Of a stretch of DNA of 64,000 nucleotides, positions 1-13,639 are shown piece by piece; the stretch's first letter is position 1, and each line of letters opens with the position of its first letter. The translations under genes and the position numbers were made by a program. Below the pieces are notes generated by a model that made no database searches, was not told the origin of the DNA, and saw nothing but the letters and a program-made list of their open reading frames with translations. Source of the DNA: the human T2T-CHM13v2.0 reference genome, Homo sapiens; assembly GCF_009914755.1 (NCBI RefSeq), contig NC_060928.1; one strand, 5' to 3'.

Positions 1-1823
1 ACTTTCTTGAATGATGTAGCAGAGAAAGAAAATGCTGGTGGATCTTGCCTAAGCAAGGATGTGCTTTGGGATGGAAGTCATACATAAACCCTTCCCCATT
101 AATTTCTTTGGTCACAGTAGGTCACACAATCCTGCTGATTTAAGAAAGCTTGTAGAAGAAAGATGAGTAATTCTGAAAGTCTTTGTGGGCAACAATGATA
201 TCTAACATATTCCCTTGTAGCTCTAACTTTCAATGATTCCCTTATGTGATTCCCTGATGCCTTGACATTTTCCAGGGAATAAGTACAGAACTGTGAAAAT
301 TTTACCAGTAATAAAAACTTAAGACTTTCTGCATTTTCTCAAGGTATATTCACAAAGAAACCCACTCTTGAAGTTAGGTATGACAGACATCATTCATATC
401 TCGCAAACGAGCAAATTGAGGAACAACGTAATAAGATGAAATCATAAAATTACATCTATAAAGTATACCCATCTGCTCAAAGGGAAAGCTTAGAATCTAA
501 TCTGAATCCTAGTGAAGCATTCTTATTCATAAGAAGACTTTCTATGTGAACGTAACTAACTGGACAATCCTAAGAGGAACTTTTTGTTAAGGAAAATCAG
601 CTTGAGATCAGTACAACAATTTGAATGAAAACACATAGTTTTACCTATTTTTAATAAGAATATGAATTTTCCAAAGTGGAAGGTATTCTTCATTTTCTGT
701 TGGCTTCTTGCACAAAACTGAAGATAGGACAAGACATTGTTACTCAGCTCACGTGCCCCACTCATGTGCTCACAGACTAAATCTGTTTCTCCTGTGGTGT
801 ATTTAAATAAATCTGTACACCAATTTGTGATACTGTGCTAAGTTCCCTTAAAAAACTGTAATTATAAAATATTCGAACAAGCAGGTCTTCAGAGACTATT
901 TGACCTAAAACCCTTATTTGCAGGTAAGATACCTGAGACTCAAAGAGATCAATTTGTTTTTCTACTGCTACAATACCTGTCAATATTCACATTGTAGCAT
1001 AGATCAACCCTAAACCTAAGTCTTAATCCAGTAAAATATACGCAAAGTTGAAGAAGTCATTTGAGGAGTTGGTCTTAGAATGTTTCCAATAACAAAATTC
1101 ATATGGGTTGATTTTTAAAGTAAGCTCTTTGCAAATAATCTTCTCCCATTCCTATACATGTTCTCTTTATTTCCCCCAGTTACCATAAAATAACAAATAT
1201 AATCAAATAGCCCCCTTTCTGGAAGATCAGTAAGTTTCTGTTTAGCACAGCACAAATTTTGCAGTGCGGTCTATTGAACTTTGCAGCCTGGCTTCCACTT
1301 GCTTTTCCAGGTTAATCAGCGATCTTTACAGCCCATGTCACAATCACACAGAATTCATTAATCTCTGCACATATGATGATATTTCACAACTCTTTGCCTT
1401 TGTTATTGCTGTTGAGTATTCCTTGCTTCCCAGTCCACCCAGGTCCTATCATTAGCCATCCCTCATCTCAAATGATGCCTGTCAGTGACAACTCTCTCAT
1501 CCCCTTGGGGTAAAGCTGTGCTCCTACAGCATATTGTTCATATCACTATTAAAGTTTTGCCAAACTCTTCTGCAGTTTTCTTCTGTTTCACCCAGTAGAC
1601 CCCTTAAGGGCAGGCAGCTCATTTGAAGCATCTCCTTTCCCAGTGATACCAGAGCATGTGGCACTTAATAGCTGCCTAATACATTTTGTAGAAAGGTGGA
1701 ACCATTCACGAATTAAAACTTCTAACATAACTCAACACTTTACAAATCACAAAGCACTTTTCATATTATGTCACCCCCTCACCACAGGGTGCCCATATAT
1801 TTATAATTCATACACCGAGTCGG

Positions 1824-1825
<2 letters not shown>

Positions 1826-1856
<31 letters not shown>
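1826..1856. repeat. (TG)15 microsatellite
   Basis: Perfect GT dinucleotide run read directly. Confidence 0.97.
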
Positions 1857-1857
<1 letters not shown>

Positions 1858-2444
1858 CCAGGATTTCAGGGGTGAGGAGTAGCATGTTGGGGTTTAGTTT
1901 ATAAGGAGTCCCAGAACAGAAGAAAACAACTGGTAATTGGAAAATGAGTACTTTTAATAACATTTAACCTATTTTCTTGACACATCTGTGCCTTTTACTG
2001 ACTTATCCAGTTGTGATCTTCTCGCCTGCTGAATGCCATGACCACAGATACACAGCAGTAATCTAAACTAGCAGCTAGAAACATTTTCTCAAACTGTAGA
2101 AAATGAGGATTTCAAGTCTGCACACCAATTTCCCTTCGTAAGGTGTTTCAGTCCTTATGTTCACTGACCTTATTTCCACTGTGTTAGTTTATATTGCTCT
2201 CCGCTTGAGGAGTTTAATGAGTGCACCAATTCCACTAGCTGTTCTCATTACAATATCCTTGCATATGTGCCCCTTTTTAGGATAAAAAAGATTACCATGG
2301 GCCTAAGAAAAAAGGAGTTTGAGGTCTTCTATCTGGATTTTACAGTTTTTCTTCAATTATTACTTTCTCTACCCAAATTATAATATTTGGGAAAATACGC
2401 TGGTATGTCAAGAATAAACTCATGAATTCTATGTCAGCCCAGCT

Positions 2445-2625
2445 AGAGATGGAAAGAACATGAGATTTGTGAAGCAACCTGTTCTACCTCCACTACTTAC
2501 ATTTTGTTTGACATTGGAGAAGTTGCTAACTACATTTAGCCTCAAGTACTTCTGCTAAATGTAGATACTAATTAGATACAGATTCTGTCAGAATCAAGAG
2601 AAGGGATAAATGTAAATGTGCTTTT
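2445..2625 (+). mobile_element. MIR SINE, degraded
   Basis: Resembles the MIR core (tgacattggagaagttgctaac...agcctcaag...; gataaatgtaaatgtgcttt). Boundaries approximate. Confidence 0.55.
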
Positions 2626-4988
2626 TTATATTCAAGGATGTATATGAATTTCACGGTACAAAATTATATATGCACATTGTCATCGGTTCTTGCTAAATCC
2701 TGTTAGGTATTGACTTGCTGCCTCTGAATGCAGTCACAGAATATAATTAAGCACATCTGACATGTAGTTCTGCCTCTTTAGTCAGGAGCCTTAATGGGTG
2801 ACATTGTGCAGCTCACAGTAACCTCAACCAAGTCTGGCTTCCACCTTTAGAATTAAGAGATTCTGAGAACCATCCCTGCTCAAAGGATATAAGTATGACA
2901 CGTGATTAAGGACCCAGTGGAAGAACATTGCAGACAAAAGCATCAAAAAAACCTCAAGCCCTGGTGAAGCATGATTGAGACTTTCCAGGAAAAACTGAGT
3001 CTAGTGGGACTGTGTGAAATAACTTAAATTACAGTGTTAAGAAATAAATTCAGAAAGATATACAGGAGCTTTTAAGTCCTTGTATCAGTAACAACTTTTT
3101 TTTTCCTTAACGAAATTTCCACAGTCTGGGAATTACAAGTGCTATCAGATCCTGTATCAAATTCAACCACATTTAGTCAATTATTCAACCCCAGGATCTA
3201 TAAAAGTGGTTACTGAGTATGAAAAAGTTTAATAAAAGGTTAATAGCAAACTTTTTAAAAGAATAATTATGAAAACCTACATGTATGCTCCAAAATTAAG
3301 GGGACAAAGAAAACTGTACTTAGTGCATGCCTGAAAAGTCTCAAAGGAAATAAGCCGCTCTTTCACTGATGATAGTAGAAATGCGGGAGTTTGCCATGTG
3401 GCCAGCTGTGAAGCCTTTGACAGCAGGCTTTGAGTAACATTGAAAAAGTCTCTGCCAAAGATGATTTTTTGCCAAATGTGAGGCAAGCTCATTAGAAAGT
3501 GGCTGAAGTTGCCTCATCATATGTAAAGTAGACACTGGTCAATGGTGAGTGAGAGGAAATCAGGGCATTGAAAACAGGAAAAAAAAAAGCCACATAATGC
3601 CAGATCACTGCTGTTTCAGTGTAAACACAAAAGTCCCAAAATGAGAGTGAAATACAATTCTACTTAGTTTTGTATTTATTTACAGTCTCATTGACTCTTT
3701 AAAATTTATTCATGAGTGTAACCCCCATGCCACTGAATGGAAACTTCAAAAAGCTTCCCAAATTCTTTAAAGTAGGCAATACTATTCTTTCTTTATGATG
3801 CAAACCAGGTCCCCATTCAGAAATTATATTATATTGTTGAAGATGGTAATTGATAGTTATTTAATTACAAGAAATCTCCCAGCAAACACATTCTCTTCCC
3901 AATGTGAAGGACTGAAATTGTCAGCTCTTGGCATTTGAGAAAGATGTAAAGTCTTTTTTGTCTACACTTCCTGGTTACATCTTCTCTCATTGTAGATGGG
4001 GAAGGGATGAGGTATGGATTGCTTGGCTGTATCCTCTCCTGGACTGATAGTGGTTAAAATAGTCCTTTCTCATGGATTCTTCAGAGAGTCCCATCTCTGG
4101 ACATCTGTTTCTTATACTTCTTTTGTCCAGAGTAGATGCATATCTATTTAGTCTGCTTTTTCAGTCCCCAGTAATTCGCCATTTACCACCGGTTTCTTAA
4201 TGCTGGTGTCTCTTCACTTTTCTTTTTGAATCTTTTGGACAGGACACTGGACAGTCCCATATCAGCTTTCTCTCTTGCAGAGTCACTGCTGATCGATGGA
4301 AATACACATATCTTGGCCCAACTAATTCTGGAAGAACATGCTACCTCAATCTGCATACCTTTATCTTCATGTTTCCTTAGTCACTGCCAGTCCCTAGTCC
4401 ATGATGATCTCCAATTTAAGGAAAACAAATCTGCCTCTCTGAAACAAATTAAAGAGGAGCCTTTTAGAAAAGAAAATCTTAAACTCTTTGAAGCTTGATG
4501 AAAACCCCAAATATTGGTATCTGCTGAATCATGATCTCAAATAAACTCATTCTTCTGAATCTTCAGTTCCTAACCCTGGATGAAATCTGGATCAAATCTC
4601 AGCTTTAATGGCCACCATTAAACATGAACTAATAGTCCGATTTTTCAGGCATTCAAAAGTCCAGGTCAATCCAAGTCTCAAATTGTCCTGCACTATTAAT
4701 GTCTTCTTCCCTCGCTTGGGCCTGACTCAGTTCTAGAAGCCTCCAGTGGGAAAAATGCATTTTCAGCCTTGATTTTTCTTTCTCACATTACATTCCCCCT
4801 GCTCATTGGCTGTTCTTTCTCTCTTCTGCAGGGTTGATCTTTGTATATTTTAGAGGTGTAGGGAAATGAGGAGTTAAGAATCCAGAACAATATTTATATA
4901 GTAGATTCATTGCTAATGCTATCCCAGCTGTGGAATGCTCTCAAACATGACAGAATTTTAAATATTGGTTCTTTCTTTCTCCTGTGGG

Positions 4989-4990
<2 letters not shown>

Positions 4991-5038
<48 letters not shown>
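4991..5038. repeat. (GT)24 microsatellite
   Basis: Perfect GT run read directly. Confidence 0.97.
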
Positions 5039-5039
<1 letters not shown>

Positions 5040-5589
5040 GTATGTATGTGCTGTGTTTATGTAGTGTTTATTCTTGGAGGTATTTACTACCTGACTTTCC
5101 TTTTTCTAGATATCTGACCTCTGACCTCCATCTCAGTCCTTGGATCTCAGAGGTCTACTTTGCACAGATTCTTTATGTTGGAAACACCCCATTCTTTTGT
5201 GAATCCTTTGGTGAAGGAGTCCTTTTCTGATGACTCTAGCCTTGGGTACATTCCATGGAGCCTACATCTAACCCAGCGAAGCCATTTGCCTATGTGTTTC
5301 ACTGGTGGGATGTGAATTGCTCCTACTCTGTCTCTTTCTACCTGCTCTGTTTTCAGTTGCTTCTGTCTCATTCCTGCTTTTAATCTTTTCCAAAATAGAG
5401 TAAATTACTAGTTCTGTGCCCACCAATCTCTCTCAAATATGTCAAGTAATATGAAGTCAAGTAGTTAGAGAATGGAGAAATCAATGCCACTTAAGAATTT
5501 CAAGATTACTGGAGAGGGTGGTATGTGAAACAGATATGGCTTAGACAGAAGCAAGAGAACAGAAAGGCATGGTAGGTGAGCAAGCTTGT

Positions 5590-5820
5590 TAGGTTTAAGA
5601 GTAAACTTTATAATTATGTAGACCTAAATTTGAACTTAATTTCTGATATATATTACCTGGTTAAATTGAAAAGCTATTTTAGTTGTTAAGGCCTCCATCT
5701 CTTTTCTGTAAAAGGGCATCAGTATTTTATACTTCATAAGGTTATTACAAATGTCAAATTACTTCAGGCTTGAAAAGACTTAATACCTAGTTGATAGTAA
5801 ACACTCCATAAATTATAGCT
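5590..5820 (+). mobile_element. MIR SINE
   Basis: gacctaaatttgaac...gcctccatctcttttctgtaaaaggg...acttcataaggttatt...tagtaaacactccataaat follows the order of the MIR consensus. Confidence 0.65.
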
Positions 5821-5959
5821 TGAAATAAAATATGGTAAAGTATATAATTATGGAGTTTGATTTTAGTTCATGCAAGGATATAAAAATTAAATAAATATTA
5901 TTTAAAAGTAAGAAGTTATCTTTCGTTAGCAATGACCAGTTCATTCTCACACACTAGGT

Positions 5960-6118
5960 GCTCCCTTAGTACATGGTACATTATCTTTTAATAATCTTGC
6001 AGTTACTGGTCATCTCCAAAATACTATGGGCTCTTTAAAACAGACAATGTATCTTGTTCATCCTCCGTCCTCGGCCCCTGGCACATAGTGTCTTTAAAAG
6101 GAATTTCCTGAATGAACA
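5960..6118 (+). mobile_element. L2 LINE 3' end fragment
   Basis: tgtatcttgttcatc...cctggcacatagtg...tgaatgaa is the typical L2 3' terminus. Confidence 0.55.
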
Positions 6119-8799
6119 CATTAAGATATTATCTACTGATTATTCTCACAAGTTAAACATTGGTGCAATTATTATTAATAGGTATTGAGCAAGAGAATTA
6201 AATAATGAAAGTGGTAAATTGGAAAAACAGCCCAATGTTTGAATGCAGAACAAATTCAGTGAGATTAAGATAAGTGATAACAAAATTATCTCCCTAAATT
6301 AGATGCACAGTGATGAAAACCCAGGCAAATGTAGCATTGAATGCAAAGGCGTATGTAGTCATCCAGGAGATAGTGTGCGGGGAGAAGAGGCTGTCTTGCA
6401 TTACAGAACAATACAGTTAATATAGGAGACAAAGGAAAAATAAAAATATGAAGTCCTTCTCCTAAGAACTTTGGTAAACAAGAGAACAATACTAGTGTTA
6501 CTTAACACACTTGTGGAAGTTGAGAAGCATATTGACTTGGAAATAAAGCAGCAAATATTGGTGCTTGGATTTTGAGACAACATTTAGTTATTTAAGTGTA
6601 AACTTATTTTTGCAGATGTGGAAGTGTAGAAATGGATTCATTAAGCCAAAATGTCTACTTGCTGAGGTATCACTAGAGAAGTGATAGCTGTAATATGAGC
6701 TTAGATTAATTGGAGAAAATGTAAGTATATATAAATGTACTATATTACATACAGCACATTTTCAAAAGCAGGTTAATAACAAGGAACTCTGAGTTTTGAT
6801 CAGACTTGGAAACTGGAAATAATACCATTTATTGAGCATGTAGAGTGTGCCAGGTAGAAAGAGGACATGGCTTTTAAGGAGAAGAAGTTGCCTAAGATCA
6901 CATGACAAGTAAATGTTATGAAGATTCAGGATTTATCCTCACTGTATCTCAAAATCCTGTTTATTTTCTCCACCAATTATAGCAAAGGTAACATAGATGG
7001 AATAGTCTGAAGGAAAAAAGGTAAATCCATGTTTAATGAAGATGAGTGTCTTACGAACAGGTTATTAAAACCATAGGTTGACATGAAGAAAAAGTTGAGG
7101 ATGATAAAAATAAAACGTGATAAAAAGACTGAGCTGCCAAAACTCTCCTTGAATGACCATGCTTGGAAAACCATGTCACGTTGCTTTCTGGCCATCATTA
7201 ACTAATACTTTTGTTATCCATGTACTTTCTAATGATTAGGATTCTTAGATTTTATAAACAGTTTTCCCCTGCAGTGCCTCTAGAAAATGTGTCTTGAAAG
7301 ATTTCCATAGCCCTGCACATTCAAGGTCTCATGTAACTGACAAGATAATGACAGGGGCAATTTTAAACTGTTAAAAGACTTTGCTGCATTTGATCTTTTC
7401 CAGTGCCAATTTCAGCAAAAGAGGGGGAAATGTTCATTACGTCAAAAGGAACGTAAAATACAAAATATGATGCCAGTTTCTGAGACTTTTCCATCCAAAT
7501 ATTCTTCTACCAAATGACAGGGATATGTCAAAAATATAGTCAAGGAAAAAAAAGTATATGTTGGTTGATCTCAAACTAAGAAAGTTGTTACTGTTAACAA
7601 GCTTTGCAGTTTCACAAATCTCCATTTATGTATTACAGTACATGATTTTATATTAGCCAGAAGACATGACAGGAAAAGGGGCAATAGTCACTGCAATAAA
7701 AACGATCTTTACTTATATGAGATAGTTTTATTCTTTGGTTTTCAATTTGATTCAATGCTCAAAGTAATGAAAACGCTACAGCAAATAAAATGCATTTCCA
7801 TTGCACAATCATTAGTGATGTGCTTGGACTAGCTATGAATAACTTGTTTTTCATATATGTGGTTATTTAGTTTCCCAAAATTAAACTGTTTTTTGTATTG
7901 CAAACAACAGAAGAGAAAAGGTTAATTTAAACCAGCATTAAGAGAGAAAAAAAAAAAAAGCTCAGCGAGAGAAATGCAAGGTTTAGTCAAAACAGACAAT
8001 TGGGAACAAATGGCAAGAAGCAAAATACACTAATTGAAAACCAGGCAAGACATTGTCTTTTGCTTCCTTCTTCTTGAGTGCACTGATTAAAAAATAGTTA
8101 ATTAGCACACATCACCAGATCTACTCTACGCTGAGAGTTTAACCTTGTAATTTTGTCATTTTTCAGAGAAGCAGGGTGTTTAATGAAAAGCACCATTAAG
8201 TTATAATGCATAATGATGTGTATTGTTGATAGATAAGAGACCACTCAAAACATTGCTTTGTAAAGTTTGCATATTTCTAGTGTTTATCTACCACTTTATG
8301 TTTACTAAGTGCTTTATTCTTGTTCAAAAATCTATTTTTCAACATCATGTGAAAATATTTTTGCTTGAAGCCTATTAGAATATGCAATGGTAAACTTTTT
8401 CTTAAAGGTTTATATCATTTATACTGTTTAAACACAATTACTGTCAATTATATAGGAAAGTTGCTCTCAGTTGCATAGGAAAGTGTTGCAAGTTTACAGT
8501 GCCCACTAGAAATTCCTGACTCAACGATTATTGATCAATTGTCTATATGTGAAGCATAAATGTGCATGAGTATAGTTCTCTTTTAAAAGTTTTTATAATC
8601 TATTGGAGAAATAATATTTCTACTCAGGAATAAGACTTCTATAATTTATTGGAGGAACAAGGCAGTTGAAACTAAGATGCTTAGACCTGCATCAATGCAG
8701 GATTTCTTCAGGCTTGTCCTCCAGCATTCACTGCCACTTTCAAAATATACTCTACTCCTAATTATCAAGGGAAGGAATAACAACACCCAGATGAGTCAT

Positions 8800-9045
8800 A
8801 ATAATAAAAGGCTGCATTAGTTGAGTGTGAATTCTGCATCAGGCACGGTGCCTAGCATGCTTATGAAGTATTTAGCCATTTTGCCTTTTAATAACTCCAT
8901 AAAGCAACCATTATAATTACTTCCTGCTTTCAGAGGGGAAAACTGAATTTTAGAGAGTCCAAATGATTTGCCAAACATTATGTAACTAGATGGCATGGAG
9001 CTGGGATTCACACTCAGATAGACTTCGACAGACTCTTAACTTCCA
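8800..9045 (-). mobile_element. MIR SINE
   Basis: aggcacggtgcctagcatgctt...cagaggggaaaactgaatttt...tgatttgccaaac...gagctgggattcacactcag matches reverse MIR. Confidence 0.75.
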
Positions 9046-11257
9046 CCTAGTGAAATACACTTTCTCTCTGTCACACTGGGGACTTGTAACACCTTACCCA
9101 GTGGCTATTTAAACAAGCCTTGCTTTAGTTTAGCTGTCCTCTTTACCACCCTATTTCCCATAAAGGGGGCACGCAGAGCCAGCATTATTTCATCAGGTGG
9201 AAAATATCACTCCCCATCTACTCCAGTCCATAGGGATTTGTGCCTTACCCTTTGATTGGTGAGGTACCTGAGCCAACACAAAATGAGATAAAATTATCTA
9301 AGCAGAACTGTTAAAGCTTTGCCCAGCTTCTGTATATAGTCAGAAGGGCAGCTGTTCCTGTGATGGCCAGAATCTCTGGGGATGCCTTGGCTGTAACTAC
9401 CCAGATGATTATGATTGCAGATTTCATTCTGGCAAAGAGAAAACATATTCTCACCATGGCAAGTAAAGGGGAGAGTATTATGCATTCAGAGTATTGGGAC
9501 ATTATAACATTTCAGCGTTGTAAGTGTCATAAAGGTCACTTTTCTTTCATGACAAGAGTGTCTGACCCAATGCAAGATCATTATGCATTCCATCACAGCT
9601 GAAAGAGGAGTAAGCCTTTAGTAAAGCAGCTGGCCAGAATATTCTAGGAATTAACTACAGTATCTGGTGATTCTTTGTGGTCCAATTTTTATGTATTGCA
9701 AAAGATGAGAGTGTAGTTGCAGTATGGTCCATAGAAAGATGTAGATAGTCTGGTGATAGCACTGACTCAGACAAAAAAATTCAGTTTGTGTTGGGCACCT
9801 TGTTTCAAATTCTTTCTCTCACTCCAAATTCTGATACATTCCTCCTTCTGAATCAGTCCGACCTGGGTACCTAGCCAATCTTAACAAATCTGGAGGCATT
9901 ATTTTGAGCTCCATTCTCCCCCGTGGTATTGTTATGGTTCACAGATACCTACAAGCTAACAAAGTTGCAGTTGTTATCCTTGCCATTTTGTCCTTGCCAA
10001 GTTTAATTCCCTTACCAGTGATTCATCCTTTGCCATTTTCATGCAGACTTTCAAACAGGGCTTCTGTCTAGGTATGCTTAGTCTTTATGAGTTTTTATCT
10101 TAAGTTTGAGTCTTGCCTTAAAAATCATAGCATTTGATGAGAACACCCAACAAAGGACTTCCCTCAGAATTTGAACTTTTGTTTTCTTATGTCAATTCAT
10201 TTTTATTGATACAGAATTAATAACATATATGGGCCCATCACACTGTAACTGTCTCATCTCATTTACAATATTTATTGCTTCAACCATACTCTTCTCATTA
10301 TATTTGAGCACTTGGATGGAGAACCAGAGCAAATCTGGCAACACTTCTCCCTAATGACCTAATCTAATGTTCACCCACGTTTAAGGCTCTTCATTATGGC
10401 AGATTGTTCTCCTACATCCATTTCTAGATTCTTTTTTCCCCCTAGTCATTCATCATTTTGGTTTCAACATACTTTTCAGTTGCTATTCTTCAAAATTGAT
10501 AGTAGGCAATTTTTTTATTATTCTTCTTTACAATAAGGAGCTTATTTTAACATTCTCCTAGACATAAAAGAAGTATTCAACTTCAGGAAATATCCAATAA
10601 AGTATCTCATACCAAGATGCAATCCACACAGAGATTTTGACAGCAATAATTCTTTCATTTTGAAGTATATTTCCAATATTTTGGAATAATCTTCTTTCTA
10701 TCTTAAGGAAAATCCTTAATCTTATCAACTAAGAGGATGTAATAGTTGGCTTTTAAGCCCCTGGTATTTTTCAGAAAAATAATCTATTTTGGAATAAAAG
10801 TGGCATTAAGAAAGTGGTTGAAGAGGCTTTGCTTGGACTTTCCATAGTGCATCAGTCTCTGTGCACTTAAAGAAATGAACTGTCTTTAAATAGTCTAATG
10901 GCTTTTAAAGGCACTCTAATAAAACAACACTTCCCTTCAGCTACTTGATGCACTAAATGCATTGCTGCTCCAGTAGTTTCATGTTAAGTGTTACCTTTCT
11001 CCTAAATTGTTTTTACATTTGCATATATATTTTATAGCTATAGATACAGAGTATATTTTGTACTATGAATGGAAAAGTATTTTAAGTCCAGAAAGTTCAA
11101 CTTCAAGAAGTGTAGTCTTCAGCAACCCTTTAATATGTCCTTCCAAGCTGTTTCACTCATGCAGGGTTTCTATTTATAGCAAATGGTCTTTACTTTCCTT
11201 AGTTGATTTATACGTTTATATGGATTAGTCTTGGATGTTCCTTCATATGCTTGTCAT

Positions 11258-11540
11258 TAATAGTTAATATTTAATGAGTACTTTATTAATGGCTGACACT
11301 GTGCTAAGTATTTGCATGTATTAATGTATTTAATACTCTACTCCCAATAGTCCCCTAAAGTAGGTGTTATTATTATCCTAATTTGATAGATGAGAAAATC
11401 ACAGGAAACAAAAGTAAAATAACTTTTAAATAGTTGCACTGGTAGATGAAAATACTGTGTCACATATGTCACACAGTTCACAAAGAGAAGCATCAAACCC
11501 AGCTTTAATGACAGAGCTCGTAGTGTTAGCTCTTGCCCTA
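11258..11540 (-). mobile_element. MIR SINE
   Basis: tatttaatgagtacttt...cactgtgctaagtattt...gtaggtgttattattatcc...agatgagaaaa matches reverse MIR. Confidence 0.7.
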
Positions 11541-12759
11541 CCTAAGTTTGGAGAATCTTAATACCTCCCCCAGGGTCACCTAAGTAGTGTTTGATATAAC
11601 AAGAATTTCAATTCAAGTCTTAGAACTCCAGTTCCAAGAGCACAGTATCTATTTTATTCCAGTAAAAGTCTTCTTAATAAAGTGCTTATCATAAATGATA
11701 TAAAAAAACTATGGCACCATAGCACGGTCATAGCATTTGGTGCTTTGAAATACTTCTGTCAAGAAGTATTTTAACATACCTTTTCTAGCACTTTTCCCAT
11801 AGCAAACATCATGACTAAAGAAAAGAAGCATTTCTGTAAATATTTCCAGCTGGAGAATTTTGTTAAAGAACATTTTCTTGGCATAAAACTTTGGCAGAAA
11901 CATACATATGTCTAAATAGGGCAAAGGGGAACAAACTTACTGTTCTTCCTTGTTGCTGTGTTCTGTATCGGCCCTTTCCTGCTAGTAGATATTGTAGGAG
12001 TTTGAGGCAGATTGACAGACATAGACTAGACTTTATATCTAGTTAAAACCAGAAGAAGTACATGAAAAGCAATGGAATTATTTCTTACTTGTTTCTAAAG
12101 TAAAGCATGACTCTCAGCACTGAAAGCAAAATTCAACATCAGTGGTCTATGCTGTCACATTTGAGATACTTTCAACATACCATTTTATATATTTAAATGT
12201 CTAGTGTGTATTGTGCATTGTGCCAAGCACTAGGGGTGGGAAAAAAAGAGACATACAACATGAATTTTACTCTCCTTCCATTAGTAGAGTATAAAGGGGA
12301 AAATACTAAGTTTGGAGTGAGACCATGCTGCCCCCGGTAGAGAATAAGATGAAATTATACACTTAGTGGTAGACCTTTTATCTACAGGCCACAGTGTTTC
12401 TCAATTCCTTTTGCTGGTTCTTTGTTTTCTCCCCTACCTCCTGCTACAGGATTTAGGCCTTGGAGAATTCATGAATTGAAATACTATTGATTTACTTTCA
12501 CTTCACGGTTTTATCTCTAGCACAGCCCTTTCCTCTGTACGCCAGCTTCATACCTCCATTCTCAAACATAGCCAAATCTGCATTCTTGAACCTACCCCTA
12601 CACCAAAAACTGGCCTCACCCAGTCTTCCCCATTCATAGGATTAAAAAACTCAAATTTTCAAGTTTCTCAATTCAAAAATCACTTCTTTCATCTTCTTAA
12701 GCACTCAACACTCTGGTGCATTTCTTTATTTGTATTATATTTATTACATTCTATTACAT

Positions 12760-12980
12760 GTTACATGTTTAATACTGTTCTAAGCATGCTGTATTAGATT
12801 ACTTAATTTAATCTATACTGCGCCTCTACTAAGTGGAAACTATCATAAGCCTCACCTAAAAAATACAATCATAGTGATATAAAAGGATTAAGCATCTCAC
12901 CCAATTTACATTGCTGTAAGTGGCTGAGCCGGATTTTAAGCAGTCTGAGATAGAGTTGTCTAAAATACTACGCTGTGCTG
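12760..12980 (-). mobile_element. MIR SINE
   Basis: actgttctaagcatgct...taagtggctgagccggatttt...cagtctga...ctacgctgtgctgcc. Confidence 0.6.
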
Positions 12981-13122
12981 CCCCTAGGAGGCAACATGGA
13001 GCTTGCTACACTATAATCAGTGCTATGAGCAGTTACCACGGAGACACCAAGGAAGAACACCTAAGGAACGTGTCAACTTAAAGTTTAGAAAGTAGCAAGG
13101 AGGCTTTCAAAGATGAGTTCAT

Positions 13123-13444
13123 GGCCGGGCACAGTGGCTCAAGCCTGTAATCCCAGCACTTTGGAAGGCCGAGGAGGGCGGATTACGAGGTCAGGAGATC
13201 GAAGCCATCCTGGCTAACACGGAGAAACCCCGTCTCTACTAAAAATACAAAAAATTAGCCAGGCATGGTGGCGGGCAGCTGTAGTCCCAGCTACTCGGAA
13301 GGCTCAGGCAGGAGAACGGTGTGAACCCGGGAGGCGAAGCTTGCAGTGAGCTGAGATAGAGTCACTGCACTCCAGCCTGGGCGACAGAGCAAGACTCCAC
13401 CAAAAAAAAAAAAAGAAAAGAAAAGAAATTAAAAAAAAAAAAAA
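13123..13444 (+). mobile_element. AluY, full length
   Basis: Full dimer with Y diagnostics (acgaggtcaggagatc, ccatcctggctaacacgg, gtgaacccgggaggcgaagcttgcag) and an A tail. TSD atgagttcat at 13113-13122 and 13446-13455. Confidence 0.95.
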
Positions 13445-13639
13445 CATGAGTTCATTCTTGAAGAATGCAGTGGTATTAGTGAAAAAAATAAGATAAAATA
13501 AAAGGAATCACAGAAAGATGAGGCAGCATAAAGACAGACAGGAAACTTGGCATGTTGGGAGGTCTGCATGAGATTACAATATTACTTAAGCATAAAATGT
13601 CAAATCACAAAGAGCCATGAATTCTGCCTGAATGGCCAG

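Noticed and set aside
1820-1860. (TG)15 bracketed by GGCC on both sides
   Set aside because: A 4-bp match is too short to distinguish from chance.
13123-13160. ggctcaagcc start suggesting a macaque-type AluY and hence a non-human genome
   Set aside because: The other diagnostics I recall for that lineage (gagacggg, ctagccgggcgagg, gatccggcc) are absent. The species cannot be fixed beyond catarrhine primate without a search.
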